A stretch of 64,000 nucleotides of DNA from Mytilus galloprovincialis (lineage: Eukaryota). The notes below the pieces were generated by a model. The model made no database searches and was not told the origin of the DNA. It saw nothing but the letters and a program-made list of their open reading frames with translations. The stretch is from positions 69,910,935-69,974,934 of the forward strand of contig NC_134847.1 of NCBI RefSeq assembly GCF_965363235.1. The letters are read 5' to 3'. Below are positions 24,241 to 35,845 of this stretch, one piece after another; position 1 is the first letter of the stretch; the number at the start of each line of letters is the position of its first letter. Both the position numbers and the translations under genes were made by a program.

Positions 24241-25032
24241 CAACAATTTTACCTTTTTTTTTATTAGTTTTCATTCATCTGGACAGTTGAATTTAAATGT
24301 TATCAAGAAATAAAAAAATAAAAATTGAAGTATGAGAAACCATATAGATATTAGGGTTTCAATAAATGGCATAAACTGAGCTGGAGTTATTTCCCTTAGT
24401 CATCATTTTGAAGGTGGTTGATTTTAAACTAGATTTTTTAAGGAAAAAAAGTCAGTTATTGATTTGGTGATATATGGCGGTGAGTAGGCTGCCAAACAAT
24501 GTCCATTCATTAACATGCAAACGCTTTGACATAATTTTTCAAATTCAGATATGTTGTTTCAAACTCAGACCATTTGTTACAAAACCTGGATGTTTAAATG
24601 TTGCTCTCGAAAAAACATGGACAATGCAAATCACAAAATTTTAAGTTAAATACAGTCAAACCTGCTTAAGAGACCATCTGTATTAAGCAAAACCCTGTAT
24701 CATACGACCATAAATTTAGATCCCTCTAGCTGTAGTACATTTCATATAGTTTGAACCTGTAATAAAAGACTACATGTCTTCATGAGAGACCACTTTTTTG
24801 TTCTCCCTTAACTTTACTGGTCTCTAAAAACAGGTTTCACTGTACAATAATATTTTGTGACTTTTTTGCTCTAAACATGTATAGTATTCAAAATAAGATG
24901 GACAGTCACGAATAAGACTGTTATAATTAGGAAATAGCACTTGTTTTATCACGAAAAAAAAACCCCACAAGATCTGCATCCGAAAAAAAGTGGACGAATT
25001 CACTTGAAAAGAACACAATCTTTGCCAGACAC

Positions 25033-25055
25033 TATATATATATATATATATATAC
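25033..25055. repeat. (TA)n microsatellite.
   Basis: Read directly. Confidence 0.8.
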
Positions 25056-25157
25056 CTACTGTTCAAAGAGCATTTTTATTAGTTGCCCAAATTTCATTTC
25101 TTGGATTTAAAACTGTGAATTAAGAAATTATTGTGTGCATTTATATTATTATTGTGA

Positions 25158-26310
25158 CTTTTTATACGACTGCAAAAAATGTTTGAGGTCGTATATTGGT
25201 ATGACGTTGGCACATTGGTTTTCGCACTATCACTTTAGTTTTTGTAAATAGAAATCTATGAAAATTAAACGCAAGGTTTGTGACCACTAAAGGAAGGTTG
25301 GGATTGATTTTGGGAGTTTTGGTCCCAACAGTTTAGGAATTAGGGGCCAAAAAAGGGCCCAAATAAGCATTTTTCTTGGTTTTCGCACAATAACTTTAGT
25401 AAAAGTAAATAGAAATCTATGAAATTTAAACACAAGGTTTATGAACACAAAAGGAAGGTTGGAATTGATTTGGGAGTTTTGGTCTCAACAGTTTAGGAAT
25501 TAGGGGCCAAAAAGGGGCCCAAATAAGCATTTTTCTTGGTTTTGGCACCATAACTTTAGTATGAGTAAATAGAAATCTATGAAATTTAAACACCATAAAA
25601 GGAAGGTTGAGATTGATTTTGGGAGTTTTAGTCCCCACAGTTTAAGAATTAGGGGCCCAAAGGGTCCAAAATTAAACTTAGTTTGATTTCATCAAAAATG
25701 GAATAATTGGGGTTCTTTGATATGCCGAATCTAACTGTGTATGTAGATTCTTAATTTTTGGTCCTGTTTTCAAATTCGTCTACAATAAGGTCCAAGGGTC
25801 CAAAATTAAACTTAGTTTGATTTTAACAAAAATTGAATTCTTGGGGTTCTTTGATATGCTGAATTTAAACATGTACTTAGATTTTTGATTATGGGCCCAG
25901 TTTTCAAGTTGGTCCAAATCGTGGTCCAAAATTAAACTTTGTTTGATATCAACAAAAATTGAAACCTTGGGGTTCTTTGATATGCTGAATCTAAACATGT
26001 ATTTAGATTTTTGATTATAGGCCCAGTTTTCAAGTTGGTTCAAATCGGGGTCCAAAATTAAACTTTGTTTTATTTCAACAAAAATTGAATATATGGGGTT
26101 CTTTGATATATGCTGAATCTAACCATGCATTTAGAATTATGATATTTGGGCCCGGTTATCAAATTGGTCCACATTGAGGTCTAAAGGGTCCAAAATTGAA
26201 CTTTATTTGATTTCATCAAAAATTGAATTCTTTGGGTTCTTTGATATGCTGAATCTAACCATGTAATTAGATTTTGGATATTGGACCATAATAGGTAAAT
26301 GTCCAATTTA
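25158..26310 (+). mobile_element. Satellite-bearing non-autonomous composite element, copy 1. This is the 5' part; its 3' tail resumes at 33647-33756 after the nested Ngaro.
   Basis: Starts ctttttatacgacYgcaaaaa...ggtcgtata (9-bp hairpin) as in copy 2 at 50643. Contains satellite I (units of about 150-171 bp, 25215-25640) and satellite II (units of about 126-138 bp, 25662-26290). Both satellites carry GGGCCC. Confidence 0.6.
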
Positions 26311-27320
26311 TACAAAATTCTCAGAAATGATCCTGAATATGTTTAATTGTCATTTGTTCCATGTTTGCAATGTGTTCTGATTCTTTGTAAATATTTTTTA
26401 GGGTAAATTTATTTCTGTTTGATGTGATGCTGTTCTAATCTTATTTTAATTGTCTTTTGTTTATACTGTATCTTTTCTGTGGTAATCTGTTATGTAATAG
26501 GGAAATGTGTGTTAACACCTGAGCAAACATCCAACCTCATATCTTCTTGCAAATTCTTTGACCTGACAATTAAACCATCCTGATCTAACTTTCGGTCCTA
26601 TATTTTAATTTTGCTAATAAATGTGTCAGTGAACAAAATCCTCAAAGTCACACATAATGAGTTCATATTAATTTCATAGTAATTTAAATAATTTAATTAC
26701 CCCTGATTTCTTTCAGAACACACTGTTTGAACTCATGATATGTAAAATTAAGGATTTAGTGCTCACATTATTATCAACCTAATTTTTCCTGCTATCACCT
26801 ATCTTGTAAATAAACTCCTGGGAAATACTGTGTAGCAATGCCATTGGTATCCATGTTTGAATTAAACATAAATCATAATTTAATTGCAACTTTTATTTTA
26901 TATATATACATCACGATTATAATTTGGCCCTTGGGGAAACTACTCAGCTAAAAAATTTAATTTTTTGCTCCATGCCTAAACCAAGAGCCTAGCTATGTGC
27001 ATACTGAAAAGTAGCAAAGTATAGACCCCTGGCTTGACATCACACCAATCCAATTGGAACGATGGTTCAAAATAAATGCATGAGGCTATCAGGAAGCCTA
27101 TGAGGCTATCATTCCTAGAGGCTATCATGCCTATGAGGCTATGAGGAAGCCTATAATGAGACAATGAGGAAGCCTGTAAGGAGGCTATGAGGAAGCCTAG
27201 TAGTGTTGATGTTGAATTGGTGTTGGAATGAATTTGTATGAAATTTGACAGTTTATCCCCAGAAATTCTTGGGGGATGAGTGAAATTTTTGAAACAACCA
27301 GTGATAAAATTTCATAAATG
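26311..27320 (-). repeat. Ngaro terminal direct repeat, copy at the element 3' terminus. Contains ATGAGGCTATCA/GAGGAAGCCT subrepeats at 27087-27200.
   Basis: Identical, as read, to 27841-28856. Confidence 0.8.
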
Positions 27321-27398
27321 AAATCAATAAACATAATGCTGAGATTGCTTCCCCTGTCATGGCAATATTGAAGGTGAAAGGAGGGGTCGGTGGGAGGC

Positions 27399-27839
27399 AA
27401 GTTTTTAGCTAAAACCTATTAGCACTATTAGCCAAGATTATTCTATAACTGCTTAATCTGCATTTAGATAAATGAATACTCAAGGCAGCATACACAGGTT
27501 TTTAATACACAACTTCTTAATGGGATACTCCTAAGTGGGAGGAGTTAAAACTGCACCCAGATTAATGTATCAAGAAACAAAGGACAAAGGAAGCCAAATG
27601 CCACAAGTGGTCACTAATTAACAAGACATGTATATTTGTATTGGAACTGATGAAATTAGACCTCCTGCTAAGAACATGTGATAAACTTCATATCTAACTG
27701 ATTGACATATGATAATAAATCTGTTTCATCTCAACAGCAAAGAAAATACACATCCTGGGAAAATCCTAAAATAATGACTACTGAGTAATTAAAATCAAAT
27801 TATGTATAAACATACTTATATAACATATAAGTACCTATT
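27399..27839 (-). repeat. Ngaro internal copy of the 0.44-kb repeat, identical to 33203-33646.
   Basis: agtttttagctaaaacctattagcac...gtacctattta is present at both sites. Confidence 0.8.
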
Positions 27840-27840
27840 T

Positions 27841-28856
27841 ATACAAAATTCTCAGAAATGATCCTGAATATGTTTAATTGTCATTTGTTCCATGTTTGCA
27901 ATGTGTTCTGATTCTTTGTAAATATTTTTTAGGGTAAATTTATTTCTGTTTGATGTGATGCTGTTCTAATCTTATTTTAATTGTCTTTTGTTTATACTGT
28001 ATCTTTTCTGTGGTAATCTGTTATGTAATAGGGAAATGTGTGTTAACACCTGAGCAAACATCCAACCTCATATCTTCTTGCAAATTCTTTGACCTGACAA
28101 TTAAACCATCCTGATCTAACTTTCGGTCCTATATTTTAATTTTGCTAATAAATGTGTCAGTGAACAAAATCCTCAAAGTCACACATAATGAGTTCATATT
28201 AATTTCATAGTAATTTAAATAATTTAATTACCCCTGATTTCTTTCAGAACACACTGTTTGAACTCATGATATGTAAAATTAAGGATTTAGTGCTCACATT
28301 ATTATCAACCTAATTTTTCCTGCTATCACCTATCTTGTAAATAAACTCCTGGGAAATACTGTGTAGCAATGCCATTGGTATCCATGTTTGAATTAAACAT
28401 AAATCATAATTTAATTGCAACTTTTATTTTATATATATACATCACGATTATAATTTGGCCCTTGGGGAAACTACTCAGCTAAAAAATTTAATTTTTTGCT
28501 CCATGCCTAAACCAAGAGCCTAGCTATGTGCATACTGAAAAGTAGCAAAGTATAGACCCCTGGCTTGACATCACACCAATCCAATTGGAACGATGGTTCA
28601 AAATAAATGCATGAGGCTATCAGGAAGCCTATGAGGCTATCATTCCTAGAGGCTATCATGCCTATGAGGCTATGAGGAAGCCTATAATGAGACAATGAGG
28701 AAGCCTGTAAGGAGGCTATGAGGAAGCCTAGTAGTGTTGATGTTGAATTGGTGTTGGAATGAATTTGTATGAAATTTGACAGTTTATCCCCAGAAATTCT
28801 TGGGGGATGAGTGAAATTTTTGAAACAACCAGTGATAAAATTTCATAAATGGCCAT
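27841..28856 (-). repeat. Ngaro internal copy of the 1.01-kb repeat.
   Basis: Identical to 26311-27320. Duplicate ORFs 26976..27164 and 28507..28695 give the same peptide. Confidence 0.8.
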
Positions 28857-29079
28857 AACACAGATGGTAACAGCTGAGTGTCCCCAAGGATTTGTGAGGT
28901 TAGGGAGGGGGTACCTTCAATAAAGCCATGAAATAAAAAAAAAATAAAAAAATAATAAAAATAATAAATGTTATCACATAATAATACACAATATCAAAAT
29001 CAATTGTCAAACAAAAACAATATCATCTAGAATCTCTGTAAAAAACATGTGTATGGAATATTTGAAAATGAGCATGCCC

Positions 29080-30093
29080 TTAAATTCTACCTAACCTACT
29101 TTGAGCTGTTTTAATAGATGCTGGCGTTACCCTAATGTATCTGATGTAACTATCTGAAGTCCAGCGCCCTAATGTTTTTATCAAGTGATCTTCTATTTTT
29201 GCCTTACCAGCACTTGTAGCTGCCCCAATTCTAAAACTATGACCATTATAATGACTTGAGTTGAAACCACATATATCCAGTACTTTTTTGATACAAGTGA
29301 TGAAATATTGTCTCTCCAAAGGTTTCTTATCAATGGTTATGAAAAGTGGATCAGTTTGATTAGTAGGAGAAAATTCTTTCCTTATTTGTATATATTCTAA
29401 CAAAATTGTGTAAGGGCAGATAAGCTGACCTAATTTATGTAGCTGTAGATTTATGCCTTTTCTAAAAGGATCTGTTTTTGATTGTTTTAATTTCAAAACT
29501 ACTAAGTCTGAGTGAAATACAACATCTTCAATACATAAATTTATATGTGGATCAAACTGTGAGGCCTTTGACACTGTAAACTCGCCACATCTCAAAAATC
29601 CATAAAATGCGACAATGCATGCAGTTCTTAACATTAAATCAGTAAACTTGGAACAAAAACCTTTTCTCAAACAATTTACAATTTTTTCCAAAATTTCGAA
29701 AGTTATTGGTAATCTTATGTGATTTTTTGTTTTTTGCAGTCTTTTTACAGAATTTAAAACATAATCAAGTCTGATTAAAGGTGTATTATGAGCAGATTGT
29801 AAGGGATCATTTTGATTACCCTGTACATATTTATACCTAATTCCACATAAATATAATTTAATGGTAGAGTATTGTAAACTCAGAACTTTAAAGCAGTGGG
29901 CTATGAAATAAATTAAAATATCCTCAGAAATAGGAGGTAAATTAGAAAATTGAAAACCATTCAATAACATAAAAGTCTCAAATTTTCTGAACCCAGTATC
30001 ATAAACAGTTCTTGTAGTATTAGCAATAGCACTGTTCCAAAGTTCATTCACTGCTTGATTTAGGACCACATTACATCTGAGCTGCTTGGGCAC
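29080..30093 (-). CDS. Ngaro tyrosine recombinase (phage-integrase-type YR), 337 aa.
   Basis: Box I FLRCGEF. Box II GHSFRIGAATSA. LGRWTSDSYIRYIR carries the Tyr nucleophile, so the R-H-R-Y set is present. Overlaps the RT ORF by 34 nt. Confidence 0.85.
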   Translation of the reverse strand: MPKQLRCNVVLNQAVNELWNSAIANTTRTVYDTGFRKFETFMLLNGFQFSNLPPISEDILIYFIAHCFKVLSLQYSTIKLYLCGIRYKYVQGNQNDPLQSAHNTPLIRLDYVLNSVKRLQKTKNHIRLPITFEILEKIVNCLRKGFCSKFTDLMLRTACIVAFYGFLRCGEFTVSKASQFDPHINLCIEDVVFHSDLVVLKLKQSKTDPFRKGINLQLHKLGQLICPYTILLEYIQIRKEFSPTNQTDPLFITIDKKPLERQYFITCIKKVLDICGFNSSHYNGHSFRIGAATSAGKAKIEDHLIKTLGRWTSDSYIRYIRVTPASIKTAQSRLGRI

Positions 30094-31553
30094 TTCATTG
30101 GATGTTGTGCTGCACTGGGAGCTAGTTTGCGGAATCTGTCTATCTGTAAACGAGATAGAGCATCACTTATATCATTCTGATATCCTGGAACATGTTTGGC
30201 ACTAAAATGAAAGTTGTATTTACAAGCACACCATGTAAGTTTCCTCATTAATTTCATTATTTGTAAACACTTTGAACGGCCCTTTTTTACTATAGCCACT
30301 GTAGCTTCATTGTCACACCAGAAAAGAATGCGTTTTGTTGTCCACTGTGAGCCCCACAGTATTGCGGATACTACAATGGGGTATAATTCAAGAAAAGCCA
30401 TTGAAAATGTTTTGTCAGGATAAGCAATGTTTGATGGCCATGATGAATAAAACCATTCTCCCTTGAAATATCCACCAAATCCTTTTGTTGATGAGGCATC
30501 AGTAAAAAGTTCCATATCATAACTTGAGTAAAATTGTCTACTGTAAAACATGTTCACACCATTCCAGCTGCTCAGAAAAAGTAACCAAAATTCTAGGTCA
30601 ACACGGCATTCCTTATCTAATTTAACATAATGATGCAAATCATTGACAGTAGTGGACAGCCCTATGAGGTATGAAACAAAGGATCTACCAGGTAAAATGA
30701 CACGTGAAGCAAAGTTTAAGTGACCCAAAAGCTGCAACAATTCCCTTTTTGTACAAGATTTTTTCCTGCATAATTTTTTGATGAATTCACAAATGCGATC
30801 AACTTTATTAAGAGGTAGTCGAGCTTCCATTTTTTCAGAATCTAGAATAATACCCAAATATTCTAAACATTTTACAGGACCTATTGTCTTATGTTTTGCT
30901 ATAGGAATGTTCAGTTTTTTGAAAATCATCATCATTATAGCCATAGTCCTCTCACCATCAGCATCTGGTGGATCTATGGTTAGGAAATCATCCAATAAAT
31001 GCAAAATGCTATTAACTTTGTAATTGTTTTCTGCAATATGACACAAAGCTTGGGATAAATGGTCAAAAATTTTGGGGCTTGAACGACATCCAAAAGTTAA
31101 ACGGACATAAAAATAATACATTTTTTCCCATTTTATGCAGAAAAGAGGCCACTGACTTGGTACAATTGGACAATTTTTGAACGCGTCGGATATGTCGAAC
31201 TTGCAAAGCCAGGAATTTCTTCCAAATTTCAAAATAACATCAATGGCGTCATCTATTCTAACATAAGACATTGAGCAATCCTGTTTGTCAATAAGATCAT
31301 TAATACTTAGATGTTTATCATCATTATGTGGTGAAGATAAGTCCAATATTAAACGCTTTTTACCAGAATATTTCCCTTCTGCAATACCAATTGGGCTTAC
31401 CCTATAATTTTGAAAAGGGGGATCCTTAAAAGGCCCATACAAGAAACCTTTAAAAACTTCTTTCTCTATCAAATCAGAAACCACATCTGGTTGTGTCCTA
31501 GCAGATAAACTATTCCTACATTCTTTTGTAGGTAAATCTGTTGTAGATACCAT
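30060..31553 (-). CDS. Ngaro reverse transcriptase plus RNase H, 497 aa, with no methyltransferase domain.
   Basis: RT blocks LILDLS, KFDISDAFKNCPI, LTFGCRSSPKIF, HLLDDFL (YxDD equivalent). RNase H FTDASSTKGFGGYF...WCDNEATV. The ORF is too short for a DIRS-type methyltransferase, so Ngaro rather than DIRS. Confidence 0.85.
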   Translation of the reverse strand: MVSTTDLPTKECRNSLSARTQPDVVSDLIEKEVFKGFLYGPFKDPPFQNYRVSPIGIAEGKYSGKKRLILDLSSPHNDDKHLSINDLIDKQDCSMSYVRIDDAIDVILKFGRNSWLCKFDISDAFKNCPIVPSQWPLFCIKWEKMYYFYVRLTFGCRSSPKIFDHLSQALCHIAENNYKVNSILHLLDDFLTIDPPDADGERTMAIMMMIFKKLNIPIAKHKTIGPVKCLEYLGIILDSEKMEARLPLNKVDRICEFIKKLCRKKSCTKRELLQLLGHLNFASRVILPGRSFVSYLIGLSTTVNDLHHYVKLDKECRVDLEFWLLFLSSWNGVNMFYSRQFYSSYDMELFTDASSTKGFGGYFKGEWFYSSWPSNIAYPDKTFSMAFLELYPIVVSAILWGSQWTTKRILFWCDNEATVAIVKKGRSKCLQIMKLMRKLTWCACKYNFHFSAKHVPGYQNDISDALSRLQIDRFRKLAPSAAQHPMKCPSSSDVMWS

Positions 31554-31682
31554 AGTATCAAATCCTTTCTCTAAGCCATTGCATAAATAGTTAACAGATT
31601 TTTTGTCAGGATGAGAAATTAATTCTTTTGCAAGTATAATAACATTAATTGGAGTAGTAGCCAGATATGGGAAATCATGTAG

Positions 31683-33083
31683 TCATTGACCTTGCTTATT
31701 TGTTGTTATTTTCTCAAACTTTTGTGAAGAGTTTACTGTATGTGGCTTAGATTGTACTTCAGTCCTACCTTGAGAGGGGAAAACTTTTTGACAAGATAAT
31801 AGGGTATGACCAGCGACTTTACATCTGCTACAGATATGTGAAAAATGACAAAAACTCCTGGTACAACCCCTACTGGTATTAAAATTATTGCAAACCTCCC
31901 GCCCAGAATGATAAATTTTCTTTCTACCTAACTTATCAGTAGTGTCTACCTGCCTTGATACTTTATCTGGGTAGTCTTGATATGTCATGGAGGTTTGCAT
32001 AGGACAAAAAGCAGTAGTGTGATCAACCAAATTACAAATTTTGCAAACATTTACATTCCCACCAGCAACTATTAATGAAAGAAGATCCCTATCTCTTTTG
32101 CTCCAGTCAACCTTAATCCTTCTCTCCCTTAAAAGAGCTGCTGATTTTGCAGAAAACAATTTATGGTAATCATAAAATCTGTCACCATAAAAATTACTAA
32201 TATCTATAATCTCATCTTCATAAGCATCTAGCTCTGCTCTACGGTCAGGGTAAACTGATGACATGACCCTCTTAAACTTGCCAAATGCCTTAATGAATTC
32301 TTGAATTGTGAGTTTTCTATTCAGACGGGGATCTGGCTTCCCAGAAATATTTAACTCTAACCCATTAGCTGCAACAGAGTGAATTTGGGGAGTTTCATAG
32401 TTTGGGATAAGCAGAGATGCCAAATTAACATCCTTACCGTCAATGATTTGCTTTTGAATAGAAGGAGATATAATGTCCACATTAGAATATTCATCCGAAC
32501 GCACTCCACATGAAACATTTCCAACTTGTGGTCCTGAGATGAAAGATGCATGCTCTTGTGTATTTCCATGTAAAACAGTATTATTTCCTCTGTTAGAAAT
32601 TTCACTCCTATTCCCAATCCCTGCATGGTTGTACCACTGTTGAAGGTTGAATTCGCGATCTCTACCTGTGTCATGAGTACAATTGTCTCTGTAAATTAGC
32701 TGTTTAAAGGTCTCTTGAAGTCCTTCAAAACACTGAGCTATGTTCCTGTCTGTTCCACCATTTGAAACACTGCTTCTGTGTTGATGCACTGATTCTGCTA
32801 AGGTAATTGGAAGAGTGCTCTCTGGTGAGGAATCTGTGTTAATCTCATCACTAATGGTGTCTGTCTGTTGTGTCTCTAAAGATGTTACTCCATCAAAACA
32901 ATTCTCTAAATAAAGTTGTTTTAACACTTGTTTTGACATACCAGAAGGTGTTCTTATTCCCTTTTTGTTAAGTTCTTCTTTTAGTTTGTTTATTGTCCAA
33001 TTAGAAGGGTTATTAGAATCCCATTGGGTCTCATACGGAGAACTCCTAGTTTTCCTTCGAACACCTTTTCCTCTGCCAGACAT
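31683..33083 (-). CDS. Ngaro Gag-like protein, 466 aa, with an N-terminal SAP-like motif and two CCHC zinc knuckles.
   Basis: INKLKEELNKKGIRTPSGMSKQVLKQLYL (SAP-like). CKICNLVDHTTAFC and CSRCKVAGHTLLSC (C-x2-C-x4-H-x4-C). Basic N-terminus. Confidence 0.75.
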   Translation of the reverse strand: MSGRGKGVRRKTRSSPYETQWDSNNPSNWTINKLKEELNKKGIRTPSGMSKQVLKQLYLENCFDGVTSLETQQTDTISDEINTDSSPESTLPITLAESVHQHRSSVSNGGTDRNIAQCFEGLQETFKQLIYRDNCTHDTGRDREFNLQQWYNHAGIGNRSEISNRGNNTVLHGNTQEHASFISGPQVGNVSCGVRSDEYSNVDIISPSIQKQIIDGKDVNLASLLIPNYETPQIHSVAANGLELNISGKPDPRLNRKLTIQEFIKAFGKFKRVMSSVYPDRRAELDAYEDEIIDISNFYGDRFYDYHKLFSAKSAALLRERRIKVDWSKRDRDLLSLIVAGGNVNVCKICNLVDHTTAFCPMQTSMTYQDYPDKVSRQVDTTDKLGRKKIYHSGREVCNNFNTSRGCTRSFCHFSHICSRCKVAGHTLLSCQKVFPSQGRTEVQSKPHTVNSSQKFEKITTNKQGQ

Positions 33084-33202
33084 TTTGTTGTCAGTTAATC
33101 CAAAATAATGTTTATTGTTTCAGGTTATATAGTTTGAATTATATTTAGTTGTTTAAAAACTGTCATATAGCTTTTGTAAAGTAATCCAAACACTGAAAGT
33201 TC

Positions 33203-33646
33203 AAGTTTTTAGCTAAAACCTATTAGCACTATTAGCCAAGATTATTCTATAACTGCTTAATCTGCATTTAGATAAATGAATACTCAAGGCAGCATACACA
33301 GGTTTTTAATACACAACTTCTTAATGGGATACTCCTAAGTGGGAGGAGTTAAAACTGCACCCAGATTAATGTATCAAGAAACAAAGGACAAAGGAAGCCA
33401 AATGCCACAAGTGGTCACTAATTAACAAGACATGTATATTTGTATTGGAACTGATGAAATTAGACCTCCTGCTAAGAACATGTGATAAACTTCATATCTA
33501 ACTGATTGACATATGATAATAAATCTGTTTCATCTCAACAGCAAAGAAAATACACATCCTGGGAAAATCCTAAAATAATGACTACTGAGTAATTAAAATC
33601 AAATTATGTATAAACATACTTATATAACATATAAGTACCTATTTAA
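33203..33646 (-). repeat. Ngaro 5'-terminal copy of the 0.44-kb repeat.
   Basis: Matches 27399-27839. Confidence 0.8.
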
Positions 33647-33756
33647 AAAATTTATAAGTTTTTAAGTTTAAGTTCTTAGACCACATTTATTCTGTGTCAA
33701 CTGTTCAGGGTTCGAACTCTGCGGCCGTATAAAGCTGCACCCTGCAGAGCATCTGG
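33647..33756 (+). mobile_element. 3' tail of composite element copy 1, displaced by the Ngaro insertion. Homologous to 52135-52296.
   Basis: aaatttWtaagtttttaagtttaagttcttagaccacatt...actgttcagggttcgaMctctgcgg...taaagctgcRccctgcagagcatctgg is shared by both copies. Copy 2 has an extra 60 bp. Confidence 0.6.
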
Positions 33757-34163
33757 ATAAGAATGGACATAAAGGCAAGTTTAATTATTGTGATTCCAGG
33801 AAAATATTTATACAGAGTTGTTTACTTGATATCAGAATGAAAGTTTCAATTAATGCGATACAAACCCACTCCCAGTCACATTATTCAGATGAATGTGAAC
33901 CTCACAAGAATTTTTGAATTCACTGTATACAGGACTATATATATCATGTATCTATATGTATCCCCAAATTTAAATAATGATTTCACTTGACTATTAACGA
34001 ATATATTTACAGAGTACACATGTTGTATGTAATGACCTTTTTATGAGCTATTAACATTTGACACAAATTTCAAAACCTCCCTAATGTCTACATGTCTTCC
34101 CTAAAGATCGATCATTATCATATTTGTTGTCTTGTTTATTATATGTTTCTGGTTTATTTACAG

Positions 34164-34362
34164 AGTACACATGTTGTATGTAATGACCCAGAAAAGGCAG
34201 ATATCAGTTACAAATGTAAGATGGCCTCAAAGTATGGATTACCAGTAGTGTCACTTGATTATATCCATGACTGTGTAGACCAGGGGAGACTACTCAATAC
34301 AGATAATTACATCCTTGTAGGAAAAACAAAGTCACAAGAATTCAGCTCAGGAAAGATAACAG
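34164..34362 (+). CDS. PARP4: PARP4-like exon 2: C-terminal half of BRCT.
   Basis: STHVVCNDPEKADISYKCKMASKYGLPVVSLDYIHDCVDQGRLLNTDNYILVGK. Acceptor ttatttacag, donor GTAAAA, phase-1 exit. Confidence 0.65.
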
Positions 34363-34865
34363 GTAAAAGGAAAAGGAAAAATAAACAAACTTATTTCATA
34401 AATGGAAAAGGGGTATCTACCAATATCTCATGTTTGGCCTACTGTTTGATTGAAGTTTTAAAACTTGAAATTAAAATTAGAAATAATTTTTCAATATTCT
34501 AAAGATTTCCAAAGTACAAATCTCTGAATACAATATGTATGACATTAGTTTTTTCAGACTTCAAAAATTGTTCAGTAGGTCTGAACGTACTTTAGTGAAA
34601 AATATTTTACATTACGGTTTTAAAATTATGTTATGTCCATTTATTGTAGAAGCGTAAGTGTATTGTTACACAAGCAAGGGCATTATCTGGGTCCTCATAA
34701 TGGACACATTCTCCATTTATATCAATATGTATTTGTCTTTACAACACAACATTTACCTGGCTTACAGATGAGGTAAAAATTAGCAGAAATGTAATAATTG
34801 TTAAATATTAAAATATTTAGACATGATGAATATATAAAAGAGGAATGATTTGTTTTGATTTGCAG

Positions 34866-35008
34866 CCTCAAAATATCAGAGCAAAGAACCCAAGAAGAAG
34901 AAATTTAAAATTGACCCTAAAAATGTTAAAGTTTGGAAGATAGAAGATAAAAATGCCCCAGAGTACAATGAAAAAGACTATGAGGTGGCTAAGTATGCCA
35001 TATTTCAG
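34866..35008 (+). CDS. PARP4: PARP4-like exon 3.
   Basis: ASKYQSKEPKKKKFKIDPKNVKVWKIEDKNAPEYNEKDYEVAKYAIFQ. tttgcag / GTAAGG. Phases 1 to 0. Confidence 0.6.
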
Positions 35009-35845
35009 GTAAGGAATAATGCTCTTATTTTTTAGAATTATAGAAATTAACAATTTTGTATTAGATTTTTTTTTTTTTTAGATGAAAGCGATTTTAAATG
35101 ATAATTTGGTTCTTATCTCTTTGTCTGTGCTTAGCCTGCAGTCAGATAGTATTTTAATTACAGAGTTCTTAAGTTAGTAATTTGCAGTGGAAAAAAATGT
35201 GTTTTCTGTTGTCTACATTTATTAGTGATTACCTGAAGTTAATTTCACATTGAGTGTGTTAAAAAATTGATTCCCATCTATATGAAATACTTAAGGAAAA
35301 TGTGACATCATGCACAAATAAAAAGTATATATATACCCTTGTAGTGAGGAAAATAAATAGTTAAAAACCAATTATTATAAACTATATATCTTTTTTTTTT
35401 GGTTAATACATTTTAAATTTTTTTAATTGTTCATTTGTGTCTGTTTCAAAAGATTTTGCAACGAACCAATTTTTAGAGAAGTCTATTTTATTTAAAAATA
35501 CCAGTTATTCATGCTGCTATACATGCACTGTGTAAGTTTGTTACTAAACATACAATAATGTAAACCAACTTATTTTCGCAGATACTTTATTTTGTGTTTT
35601 AGCCCTTACTAGCCCTTTTCATGGTGATTTAGTTTCACGATTTCAAATTTGATTTACGTATTTAAATAAGGAGAGATAAAAGTTTTACATATTTACCACT
35701 ATTTATATCAGCGTTATTTTTTATTTGTGAAAGCGCAAAAATAAATCGCTCTCAAAAATAAGTTGGTTTACAGTATTTCTTATCAGTAAAACTTTTTTAA
35801 ATGATAGGTAACATGTTACTGTTATTGTAGTTATATATATTTCAG

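Larger units (their letters stand above)
26311..33646 (-). mobile_element. Ngaro-type (DIRS-order) tyrosine-recombinase retrotransposon, 7.3 kb, apparently intact, with split direct repeats.
   Basis: Minus-strand ORFs Gag, RT-RH and YR are all open. Repeat A (about 1.01 kb) is at 26311-27320 and 27841-28856. Repeat B (about 0.44 kb) is at 27399-27839 and 33203-33646. In element orientation the order is B-ORFs-A-B-A, which is the Ngaro A1-ORFs-B1-A2-B2 arrangement. Confidence 0.85.

Noticed and set aside
33690-33760. Possible tRNA gene (B-box-like GGGTTCGAACTC).
   Set aside because: No A box, no cloverleaf and no anticodon arm are discernible. Treated only as a motif inside the element tail.
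34092-34163. 5' part of ORF 34092..34502.
   Set aside because: Only the part after the acceptor at 34163 matches the PARP4 BRCT. The upstream part is intronic.
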